Below are positions 52,275-64,000 of a stretch of DNA of 64,000 bases, piece by piece. Numbering within the stretch: the stretch's first letter is position 1; each line of letters starts with the position of its first letter. Made by a program: the position numbers and the translations under genes. The notes beneath the pieces were generated by a model, which saw only the letters and a program-made list of their open reading frames with translations, was not told the origin of the DNA and did not search any database. The DNA lies in assembly GCF_018350175.1 (NCBI RefSeq), contig NC_058382.1, positions 58,902,001 to 58,966,000 on the forward strand, in the 5' to 3' direction. This stretch comes from Felis catus (taxonomy: Eukaryota).

Positions 52275-55200
52275 AGGGAAAGATTAATTGGTGCCTGGGT
52301 AGAGAAAGGAGGTGCATAATGGAAGCCCAGACCCCCACAGAACACCCTGAGCGCCAGCGCTGTTCAAAGATTTGGAGTATTTCAGGCATTGAGCAAATCT
52401 GTTTCAGAATAAAGGACTCGAAGCTTTGAGTGGCTACTTTGTGGGTTTTTTCTTTTCCTCCGTTGGATTTTTAAACCCTGTAGGGTAACAGCTGCCCCTT
52501 GGGAACAAGCTCAGGGCGCTGAGAGGCCACAAGCAGTAACAGTCAAGAGGAACCCAGCGTATTTCGGGTGAAGGAGGTCTGCAGGCGGGCGCGGGAGGCA
52601 GGAGAAACCGACGCTGGAGGAGGGAGGGCAGCGCTCTGGAATCTCCCCTGGGAAAGATCTGGTGCCTGGGCCGGTCGGGACCCCACTCAGAGGAATCCCC
52701 TGGAGGTCCGCTCCTGGGGGGAGGGACCCCTTGGCGTCCCAAGAGCTGAGCCGGGGCCGCTCCCTTGTCAGCCTCGCCCCAAGTCCTCTGCCCGGATTTC
52801 GTGCCTGCACACCCTGGAGGAAGCGGTCTAGGGGCTAAATGGGCCCCTGCCGCCAGCAAGATGGCCGCCCTGGCAGGGCGCTCAGACCGGGCGCCCTCAG
52901 TGCCGGGAAGCGGGGGTGGGGGGGCCGCTGCAGGAGGCAAGGGGGTTTGCCCCCTCCTTGCCTGGGGGTGGGGGCGGTTACAGGGCAGGGATCCCAAGGC
53001 GGGAGGCTGTTCTTTTGCTGTTTGGGGTGGTGGAAAGTGGGGGTGGTGACGGTCTCCCCTCTTCTTCCAGATTGGCCCATCGAGCCCAAAGTTGGGAGCC
53101 CATACGTGCCCTCAGGGGAGGGAGGGAGGGGTCCTTTAATCGATGCCACATTTACGGAGCCCTCACTGTTTGCCTGTGCTGTGCCTTGCTTTCCCGTCTG
53201 CGAGATGGGCTCCGGCCGCATCTGCTCAGCACAGCGCTGGTAAACAGTAGGTGCTCAGCGGTCTCTCTGCTCTTCCCACTGAGTCTCCCCTGGGGGGGAG
53301 ATACCTTATTCTCACCATCATGCAAATGTAGAAGGGGGCCGGAGAAGTTAAGAAACCCCCCTGAGGTCACACCGCTGGCTGGCTCGGCAGGGAGGCGGGG
53401 CTGCGACCCAGATCTCCAGCCACTAGACTGGTGCCGCACCCTGAGGGCAGGGAGCCCCTGAGGGGCCTGCTGACGGCAGAGGGTGTTGACGGTGTGGGGA
53501 GGGGGGAGGGACCCCCCCTGAGACCTCATCACCGCTGTGGGTCAGAAAATCGGCCTCCAGCCGTCAAAGGGCCAGAAGCAGCTCCCCTCCAACCCGAGGC
53601 TCTTCTCCCCAAGTGGGTGCCAGGATCCCGTGCACACTGCCCGGTGGGGCCCGTTTCAGTGATGGCAAAACGGAGCCGGCAGGAGGAGGAACCCGTCCAG
53701 CCACGTGGGCTCACTCCCCACTTTGTGTCCACTCCACCAAGTCTCTGGTTCTGTCCAGCCACGTCCCTAGGCTGGGGCCCCACAGCCTTTGGGGACCTCC
53801 ACGATAAGGGGACAAGGAATCTCGACCCCCTACTTCCCAAACACCAGGGAGGAGGGAGCAGGGGTGCTCCCACTAATAACGACCATGGATCTAGTCTTCT
53901 CAACTGCTGTCCCTGGTCCTGCTCTGCAGGTGAGGAGGCCCTAAGCACAGAGACGAAGGCCACCAGCACCCTCGTCACACAGCAGCGGACCCTTCCAACA
54001 GCTCTCTCTGCCTTGGTTCGCATTCAGGGGGCCCCTCACTTCACCCCCAGACCCCGCCAGGGCCCTTCCAGGCTTTCTCGTCTGGTCCTCAGCCAGCTCC
54101 GTGGATGGGCACTGACCTCATCCCCTCTCAACACGAAGACAGACACTGAGGCACCCAGAGATTAAATCATTTGCGGAGGTTGTCTGTTCTGTTCACCTGC
54201 GGCCGTCTCCAAACGGCCCAGGGACCCCAAAAGGGCCCCCCAAACGACCCTCCCCACTGTCCTGGGAAAGCCCCATTCCAGGGCTAAAGGGAATGAGGTC
54301 TGTGACCCGCTCCCAGGAAAACCGGACGACGCAGAGAAACTTCCATGCCCTGTGGCCACTGACCGAGTGCAGGGAGCCCCGGAGAGAAGGGTGCCTCAGC
54401 CTCTCGCCCTCCCTCCCTCCCCATCTCTCTCCCTCTTACACAACACTCCTCACTGCCTTCTGCGGCTCCCCGCCTGACCCCCCCCCCAAGGCCCAGGGCC
54501 ACTGTGTTCTAGATGCCCCCCTCCCTAAGCAGAATCCGTCCGTCCACCTGAGTTCTGTTTCTCTCTCTCAACCTTGGCTTTGCTCTCAGTCTGTTCCTGT
54601 CTCTCTCCATGTGTGAACCGATTCTCCCGCAATCGGAACGTCTCTTGAAGTCTTGCTCTGTGTCTCTGACTCCAGGTGTCTCTGGGTTCTGACGACCACA
54701 TGTCCTCGGGCCCTTCTCTGAGGAGGGGAGGGTGTCCATGTGTCCCGGGCAACTGCACCTCCCTGCTCTACGTGCCGAGGCCAGGCTGCCCGGCACCCCG
54801 CACCCCACGCGGCTCTGACTGCCCCGGGGACCCTTCGCACAGGCAGCAGGCCCAGGAGAGCCCTGTGCCTTCCACGCGCGCCCACGCGCAGACCTCTCCA
54901 GGGTCCCCGTGCCAGCAGAGTTACAACCCGGCTGGGACAAAAGGACCCGGCCAGACCGCGGGGGATGCATGCGTGGAAGGAGGGCGTCACCTCCTTTTTC
55001 TCAGCGAGCCCTCAGGCTGGTGAAGCCCCTTCCCCCGTCCCTCCTTTCCAGGCGGTGCCGCTGCTGGGCCCATTTTGTCATCTCCCTAAAAATAACGCTT
55101 GTCTTCACCATTGCCGACGCCCCGAGTGGGGACGCACAGCACCAGCAGCCGTGGTGGAGGCCGACAGGCAGGCACGTTCTGAGGGCTCTCTGGAGGCTTT

Positions 55201-57279
55201 CTGGGAGCAGACGGGGCTGCTTTGGATTAAGGAGCACATCTGAGCACTGTCTCCCTTCGTCTCCCCACCTGGCCTGGCCCCCAGTGCCTCGACCTCATTC
55301 TTCTGACGCCCCCTTCCCCACTGGCTGTGCTGCGTGGTGTCTTAGCACCCCCTAAATCCTGAGAAAATACAAAATACCTGGCCCTTGAAATTTAATTTAT
55401 CTTCTCCTCTGGGTTGTCTGTCTGGTTTTGGAAACTCACACAGAATTCATTTGCGTCCTCCCACTGCACTGCCCCTCCCGTCCCAGGAGGACCGAGCTCT
55501 GCCGGGAGCCAAAGCCCCTTCCTCTCTGCTGCACCGTCTGGCTTCGGTCTGCCCCCTTCCGTGTGGGTCCTCTGTTGGAAAACCAAGCCTGGGAGGCACC
55601 CCGTCCCCCTCCCGCAGGCGCACACGCGCACGCACGCGTGGGAAGGAGCGTCTTCGCCCCGTCTTCCTGAGCACGGCTGCCCAGCAGCCAGGGAGGCCTC
55701 TGTGGGGAGACCAGAGCTGCCGGCAGGCCAGGCATCCGGAACAGAAGCCCCAGGACGCTCCGCGACCCGGGAGCGGGCTCTGCTTCGGGGCGCAGCCTGC
55801 ACTGCTGATGCCAGAAAACCCCCAACAATCTCGCAGGGAACAGAGCCGCCAATTCCTGGGCGTCAGTGTTGTCAAATACCTCACCGAGGGACGTCATGGA
55901 AAATGCGCTCTGGGCTCAAGTGCCCACACTGGGGCAAGCTCAAGGCCGTGGCCCCAAGCCTCAGACTGTTTTCTTCTTCTTCTTCTTCTCTTGACCAAAA
56001 CGTGAGCGTTGGGGAGCGCTCTGTGCGTCCCAACTCAGGGGGAAAACTACCCGCCAGGGTTGGGTGTGCCGACCCTCCCCACGGCTGCTCCCCCGGCACG
56101 GCCCTGGTGGTCCCCGTGGGTGGGGCTCCCAGGCCCCAGCTGAGTGGGGGCCAGAGGGCACTGCCACTCTCTCCTCCTCACCTTGGGGTCACCGAGAAGA
56201 GAACGACGCGTCTCGGAGGCGGGGCCGGAATCAGGCTCGCTGCTCCCCTGAGAGCAACACAGGGCGCTGGCGGGGTTGGGAGTTTGGACGCGCAGAGATG
56301 GGAACAGGTAGGGGAGAACACCCCAGAATGAGGTGAGCACTGCGATCAGATCAGCTTTCCCGGTGGCCCCAGCACGCCCGGAGAACTGGGGCTCCCGTGA
56401 TTCAGGGCCCCCCTTCCAGGGCTCCTTCCACACGGCCCTGAGCCCACAGCCTCTCCGTGGCCAACACAGAGGCACCTCGTCCCCACACCTCCATCCACCC
56501 ACCCTTGCCGGGACGACGGCACAGAAAGGTCACTCTGTGGTCAGAAGAATAACGCAGGAGGGTCACTTCGCTCCCCTGGGACCTGAGCCGAAAAGAGACT
56601 CCCCTTCCAGAGTTACGGCTTTGCTTTGCGAGCTAGCGACTGGCCCGGGCACACAGGCCTCGACGGTGCTGGTGGTGTGGTCACCGCAGCTCAGCTCCGT
56701 TCTGCGCGTGAGCTCTCGCTCGGACCCCGCCTCGTCCTTCCGTTCACGCTGCCTGGGTCTCCCGGGCACGTGCCACACCAACCCCTCTCTCCCACGATGG
56801 TCTGGACACGTTTTACGTGTTCGTGTCCACGACCCATGAGACCATACACACACCCCCCGCAGCAGTCTGTGAAATTCTGTATCGCAGGGTCCAGAGAGCC
56901 TACAAAATTCCGTGTCCGGAACCCATTGGATTGTGTGCACGCCCCAGACTGGTGTGTGTGTGTGTGTGTGTGTGTAATGTGCTGTGTCATACACATCTTG
57001 TAATCGTCTGTGCGCGGAACCGCTCACGGCGTAGTAGTCGAATACTCTATGCGCATAACGAGTGCTGTTGACTGAATCTTACGGCCCTCCTTACACGGGG
57101 AGCTACTGCACCACGCTCACATCCTGTGGCGTTGGGACGGGAAACAAGTTACACGTGCAGCCCTCACCCTGTTCTGTGCACACAGACCTTATGCCATACA
57201 CCTGCCTGGCACCACAGTGCCCACAGGACACGTCTCCGTGGGCCTCCTCTTACCCTACTCCCTCTCTATGTCTCGCGGG

Positions 57280-57385
57280 TTTTTTTTCCCTTTTTCAGTA
57301 AACTCTGTGCCCAACGTGGGGCTCCAACTCGCGACCCCGAGATCAAGAGCCACGTACTCCACCGACTGAGGCAGCCAGATGCCCC
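57280..57385 (-). mobile_element. Short or older Can-SINE
   Basis: CCCAACGTGGGGCTCCAACTCGCGACCCCGAGATCAAGAGCC...CCGACTGAGGCAGCCAGATGCCCC. Confidence 0.8.
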
Positions 57386-58334
57386 TACTTCCTGTGTTTT
57401 TGTTTTTTTTGTTTTTTTGTTTTTTTGTTTTTTTTTTTTTGCCTCCTGGACAATATCCTGCATATTGGCACGCTACGTGTGCACATCCAGCATCTGCAGA
57501 GAAACAGCCCACGTATTTTGGGCACAAATCATCTTATAAGGCAGGGAAGGGGGGGGTGCCTCTCTCTTGACCCTCACATTTCTCCCCACAGTCCCCAACC
57601 CCAGGGCCACATTTTCACCCACATACCCCACCACTGCCCCCTCAGGCCTCCCTACTGACTCTCCCAGGCCAGGCAGCTTTCCTGACTGCCCAGCGCCCAC
57701 CTCGGGCCTGGGGTCCAGCCTGCCCTACCTTGTGTCGCTTTTGGACATCATCCGGAAGGGGTTCGAGGGAGCAGGGATGAGGGAGGCTCGGGGGGGGCCC
57801 CACGCTAATGCAGAGCAGGGGTAGTGGGGGACAGGGCGGCTGCCCTCTCGGTGGGTGGTCGGCTGCCGCCTTCGCCCCTGCCCCCTCCCGCTCAGCAGGC
57901 CCGGCACAATCCGAGCTGGATCTGGTTCCCTGCTCGGGTTACGGCGCACTCTCACCCCCCGGGCGGCTTCACTTAGCAATTAGCCAGTAAAAATACCTTG
58001 GGCTTGGGGAGTGGGACACAGCACAGGCGTGTCTGTTTTTACACTCCCCCCCCCCAATTTAGGATTCCTGGGGCCAAAGCTGGGGTGCAGATTTGATTTG
58101 GGATGGAGGGGGTGTCTTTCTGGATCTTTAAGCTAACTAAGAGCAAAATGCTGCACTCACCCCTGTCTGTATTTCCTCCCCCTGTCCCATGGGCCCTGGG
58201 GGTTCTGTTTCTGTCTCTATGACAGCCTATGTCTATGACTGCCCAATGCACACCACAGCCCTGAGAAATAGCGGCCATTATTTGTGCCCCTTTTTAGATG
58301 AAAAACCTACACCTCGAGATGATTACATCTAATA

Positions 58335-58565
58335 ATACTGTTTCACATTTGAAAACGATATGCAACATACTTGAACGTCGCTAAGAAAGGTCTTAAATGC
58401 TCTCACCACACAAAAGAAATGGTAACTATGTGACAGAATAGAGGCCGCCGCTAATGCCCCTGCGTGATCCTTTTGCAACACATAAATGTATCAAATCAAC
58501 ACATTGTACACTTTAACTTTACACAATGTTATGTGTCAGTTACAGCTCAATAAAGCCGTTAAAAA
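58335..58565 (+). mobile_element. L1 3'-terminal fragment (L1MA/L1MB-like)
   Basis: TCTTAAATGCTCTCACCACACAAAAGAAATGGTAACTATGTGA...ATCAAATCAACACATTGTACAC...TTATGTGTCAGTTACAGCTCAATAAAGC. Confidence 0.8.
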
Positions 58566-60219
58566 CCAACTGATCAACCAACAACCACCTCCCCCCAAAA
58601 GAAACTAAGGCATAAATAGTTTAGGCAACATCCCTACATGGTGAATGCTGGATTGGAATGTGGCCCACGATCATCCCCGGTGTACAGGCAGAGAGAGGGT
58701 CTCTCTTTGCCCTGTGGCCTGGGGCTTAATTCCTGGTTCTGTGGTCAGACCTGGATTTGCAGCTGGGCTCTGCAGGATGACCCAGGACTCAGAATAACCT
58801 GGCGGGACGGGGGGAACCTCTCTAAAGGGAGGGATAACGAGGAGCTGGTAGCGGCTTCTGTGAAGGTTAAACAGGTATCTTTGAGGCATTTAAGCTGGGT
58901 CCTGGGTTCATGGGTGGGAGGTCGTGGGTTCATGGATAGGCTCCAGGTGTTTGGTGGGACCTTGAACATCATTCTATGAATGTCACTGGTATGTGCCTTT
59001 TGGAGCGGGGGAGGGTGGATAGGATACAGTTTTCAATAGTTTGTCAAAGGGATTCACAGCCCTTAGAAAGGTTAAGAACATCCAAGGGGGCGTTTATAAG
59101 GTTGGGATCAGCACCTGGAGAGAGCCAGCGGTTGAGAAGTCCTGATGTTATCACTGTGTCGGTGACAGCTGCTACTCTCTTGTCATCACCAGTTTCCCGA
59201 CTGGTCCCTGTGCCTGTGCGCCTGGGAAGCAGGGGCCGTGGGGCCACAGAAGCATTTCTAAATTCATTCTCTCCACTCTCGGCCTGCACTGAGGCGGCTG
59301 CGGGAGGGTCAAATGCAGTGATGGTCTGTCTCGGGGGGTAGAGAGAAAAGATGGAGAGGTGTTCTCCTGGCAGCGCGGGCCGATCCAGGCCAGGGCCTTA
59401 GTGGGCCTCAGTTTCCCCACCCCAAAGCGCAAGGTCAAGCGGGGCTTCTCCCGCCAACGTAAGAGTTGAGAGGCTAGTCACCGGGGCATACAGAAAAGCC
59501 TTCCTTGCTATGGATGTGGTTCTCCCTACAACTGGGGGGGCCCCTCCAAATTACAGAGCTGGGGGCCCATTTCATCTGCCCTCTTTCTCACACCCCCACC
59601 TTTGCCTCCCTCCTGGGTGGAGATTAGGGAGAGCCTCCATCTGCAACATTCCTGAGGATCCCGCCACCGGCCCCCTCTCCCTGGGCAAGGTAACCGCTGC
59701 GCTTTCCCTGCAGAGTCCAGTTTGCTGTCAGAGTCTGAGGGGTAAGTGGAGGCCAGGTGGGGCCCCAACTCCACACTTCCTCCCCAGGAAGGCATAAGCT
59801 CCCCTACCCCAAAACACCCCCAGAGCCCCCGGAGGAGCCAGTGAAACATCTTGATTTGCAGGACAGAGGAAATGATCGGCGGGTTTGGCCAAAGATGGCA
59901 TCTGCAGCCCCCTGCCAACTGGAGAGCACCCGGGAGGGAAAGGGCTAGTGGAAAAAGTGGCCCCCGATTTCAAGTTCTATAGACCCCCCTCTTTGAAGGC
60001 GCCCCATCAGCAAAACAGAGGCGTTACTATCGCTTTCTGGGAGCCGCTGGGTTCGCGTTGGCTGCACCCCTAGCTGGCTGGGGAGTGTGACAGCCTCCCC
60101 CACCGGCCTCTCTGCTGAAAGCCAGATGTTCTCCCAGCAGCTGGCGGTAGCGACCCCTTCTTGGGAACTTCCCTCCCCGCACCGCTAGGGCCTCCTAGCC
60201 TGCGGCTGCTGTTTGGTCC

Positions 60220-60323
60220 AAAAAAAAAAAAAAAAGAAAGAAAAAAAGAAAAAGAAAAAAAAGAAAAAGAGAAAGAGAAAAGAAAAGAAATGAAAAGGAA
60301 AGGAAAGAAAAGAAGAAAAGAAA
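60220..60323 (+). repeat. Polypurine A/G tract, (GAAAA)n-like
   Basis: About 100 nt of almost pure A/G with one T, at the edge of the promoter CpG island. Confidence 0.92.
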
Positions 60324-62742
60324 TTTGATGGAGAGAGGGCCAGAGACAATTAAGAACGCGTGTGCACGCTAATGGAGGGGCTGCGCGAGCCACTGCGGGT
60401 GGACACGAGGCTGGCTGTGCGTGGGCAAATGCGCAGCGTAGGGGTGCGTGCACTTAACGGAAAGCGTGTCCTCTGCGGTGGGCAGGCCTGTGCGCTGGTG
60501 CGAGGGTTGGGGCGCCCGAGCTGTGCGAGGGGTGTTGGATGCCCAGATGTACTGGAGGCGGTGAGGGATGCTCAGGGTGCCCGTGGCCTGTGGACGTGGG
60601 CCGGGCTGAGTTCAGCGGGGGTCGGTCTGCCTGTGCGCGCCCACCTGCGCGGAGATACAACCACACACAACGTGGTCACGTCCCCCACACCCTTCCCCTA
60701 GGCCGGGGAGCCGGGCGGAGACGCAGCACGGAGAAGGGGACTCTCTCCTCTCCCGCAGCGCCACTCGGCCTGGGAAGGCGGCGACCGAGGGGCACGCTGC
60801 GCCTGCGAGCCCCCAGCTCCTCGCACGGAGGTGCCAGGCGCCCCGAAGGCGACGAGGAGGCGTCTACGGCCGAGGCTGAAGGCGTCTGATCGAGGAGGGG
60901 GGGACAGCGGGGGACAAGGAAGCCAGAGGAACCCGAGAGGACGGCGGGCTTTGAAAAGCGCCGCAGGGCGGGCGCACTCCGAGCCCGGCATCTGTCTTTG
61001 GCCCCAGCTCCCGCCGAGGCGAGGCATCCAGGCTCCTGGCGACGACCCGCGAAAAAACACCCCTCACCTCCCTCCTCTCGGCCCAGGGCCCCGGCTGGAG
61101 AGGCTGGGCTCGGCGCCCCGCAGTCAGCGCGCGAACAGCACTCACCTGGGTCCCCGCTTGCCGTGTGCTGCGCCCAGCTCCTGCGCCGTCCCAGGCTCGG
61201 CGCCACTGTTCCCCACCCCCCCTCCGCCCCCGGCCGCCCCCACCAGCCCCAGCCCCCACCCCGGGACTGCGAGGGACAGCGTGCGTGCGAGCCCCGTGCG
61301 GCGGACAGCCTGGCGCGAGAGGGCCGCCAGGGCCTGTGCTCCCCGCCCGCGCACAGGCTGCCTTCCGGAACCTGGCCTGGCGCGCAGTGTCAGAGGCCCC
61401 GCGGCGGCGGCGGCAGGCCGACCCACAGGGGCATTAGGCCAACTCCCCCCGCGCACGCGGAATTCTCTATTATTATTAAAGAATCCCCCAGAACGTGTTT
61501 ACGTTGAGCCGTATAAACTTCCTGCCAGGGCCTTTACCATCTACCAGAAATCGGAACCTGTTCTTGGAAAGCGGGGAACACCGACGCTGCGGGGCCAACC
61601 AGGCGGATTTTCAGTGTGTGCGTGTGTGGGAGGGGGTCCCCTAAGAAGCGTGTGGGTTCAGACTGGAACTTGGCTAGCGTAAGCGTGAGCGAGAGTAGGT
61701 GCGAATTTCAAGCCCCGTGGGCCTGGTGTGTGTGCGCGCGCGCGAGCGAGCGCGTTACTTGGGCGCGCACATGCCTGAGCGAGGTGTGCGTGAGTGGGCA
61801 CTCACGAATGGGTGTGAGTTTGCACGTCCGGAATCCTCATTTCCAGGGTTTGCACGTGCACCAGTGTACGCACGCGTGTGCCTGAGTGCGTGGACGAGAA
61901 ATGAGCGGGGCCGCTTTTTCCGGAAAGCCTGTGCGGTTTTGGTCCCCGCAGGCCCGGCAGCTCTCACTCGCTCCGGCCCGGCCCGCGGCGCCTGAGACAA
62001 AGCGGCCGCGACCCGCCCTGCGCTTTCGTTTTCCGCCCGCGCTCGGCTCCCGCGGCTGCCCGCCTGCTCGCGCGCTTCTGGGCGAGTCCAAAAAGTCCCG
62101 GGCGCAGCGCAGTCCTTCCCGGGGCGGGGAGAGCGGGTAGGCGGGCCCTCACGGGAACGGACGCCCGCTGGCCTCGGGGACCCGGGGCCGAGCCGGCTGC
62201 GCCCGCGGTGGCCACGGCCTGGTGCCCGCTGCCGCCGCCGCAGTCTGCGATCTGCCGCCGGGCTGTACGCGTCGGGAAAGGCCCCGGGTGCCCGCGCCTC
62301 GGGGCCGGGAAGGTGGGGGGGGGGGCCGGGGGAGCTGCGCGCAGCGGGGCCGAGGGCGCATTAACACTTGCTCGCCAGGTTGGTGGAGGCGGGGCGGTTC
62401 TGCCGGCGGCCCCCGGGCGGCGAGGGTGGGGGCCCTTTAAGCGCCCACCAACGCGGGGCTCGGAGGGGGGCAGGGAGGGGAGGGAACTCCTGGAGGGTCT
62501 CGGTCCGGCCCGCGGGACGCCACGGAGAGAAGATGCAGTGAGGGCGGCCTGGCTGGAGCCGTGGAGCCGAGCGCCACGGGTGGCGGGGGCCGGGAGCTGC
62601 TCCCCGCGGGGGCGCACGGCCGCAGGCCCCCGGAGGTGGTGCCTCCCCCCCAAAACACGGGCTGGGAGGGGGCTTCCTCGCGGCCTCTGCCGGGGCTGCG
62701 GCAAAGAGGCTGCCCTCAGCCTCCGCTCGGCTCCTTCCCTAG

Positions 62743-64000
<1,258 letters not shown>

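Larger units (their letters stand above)
30470..61450 (-). ncRNA. FENDRR: Putative FENDRR lncRNA locus, divergent from FOXF1; boundaries approximate
   Basis: Established synteny: FENDRR is transcribed head-to-head from the FOXF1 CpG island in human and mouse. Seen here on the - strand: an AT-rich TATA-like stretch at 61467-61480, a perfect donor CAG|GTGAGT at 61148-61140, and AATAAA at 30498-30493 followed by GU-rich sequence. The 3' end and internal exons are inferred. Confidence 0.5.

Noticed and set aside
1..60000. A novel multi-gene system
   Set aside because: No coding evidence outside FOXF1. The region is adequately explained as the FOXF1/FENDRR regulatory desert plus repeats.

Overview
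GC- and CpG-rich mammalian DNA from a cat-like carnivore, judged from the feline-type Can-SINE and L1 insertions. About 63 kb has no credible protein-coding gene. The window ends in the CpG-island promoter and first coding exon of FOXF1 (+ strand). That CDS runs off the window end, so the ORF track misses it. By synteny, the divergent lncRNA FENDRR should lie on the - strand, starting about 1.5 kb upstream of FOXF1; a perfect splice donor and a candidate poly(A) site are visible, but internal exons cannot be fixed. The rest is SINEs, L1 fragments, MaLR/ERVL LTRs, MER DNA transposons, MIRs, microsatellites and AT-rich islands dense in motifs (FOX:ETS, GLI, HOX/CDX, TCF, STAT) that look like enhancers. 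The best observation is an in-frame upstream ATG (62908) that adds 52 codons to FOXF1 (MTAEAQP...polyPro...AAQSS...HP-MSSAPEK). This resembles the MTAE...AQSSPM start I recall for frog and fish FoxF1, and suggests three nested start codons. I see no evidence for a wholly new multi-gene system. Repeat family names come from recalled consensus sequences, not a database search.
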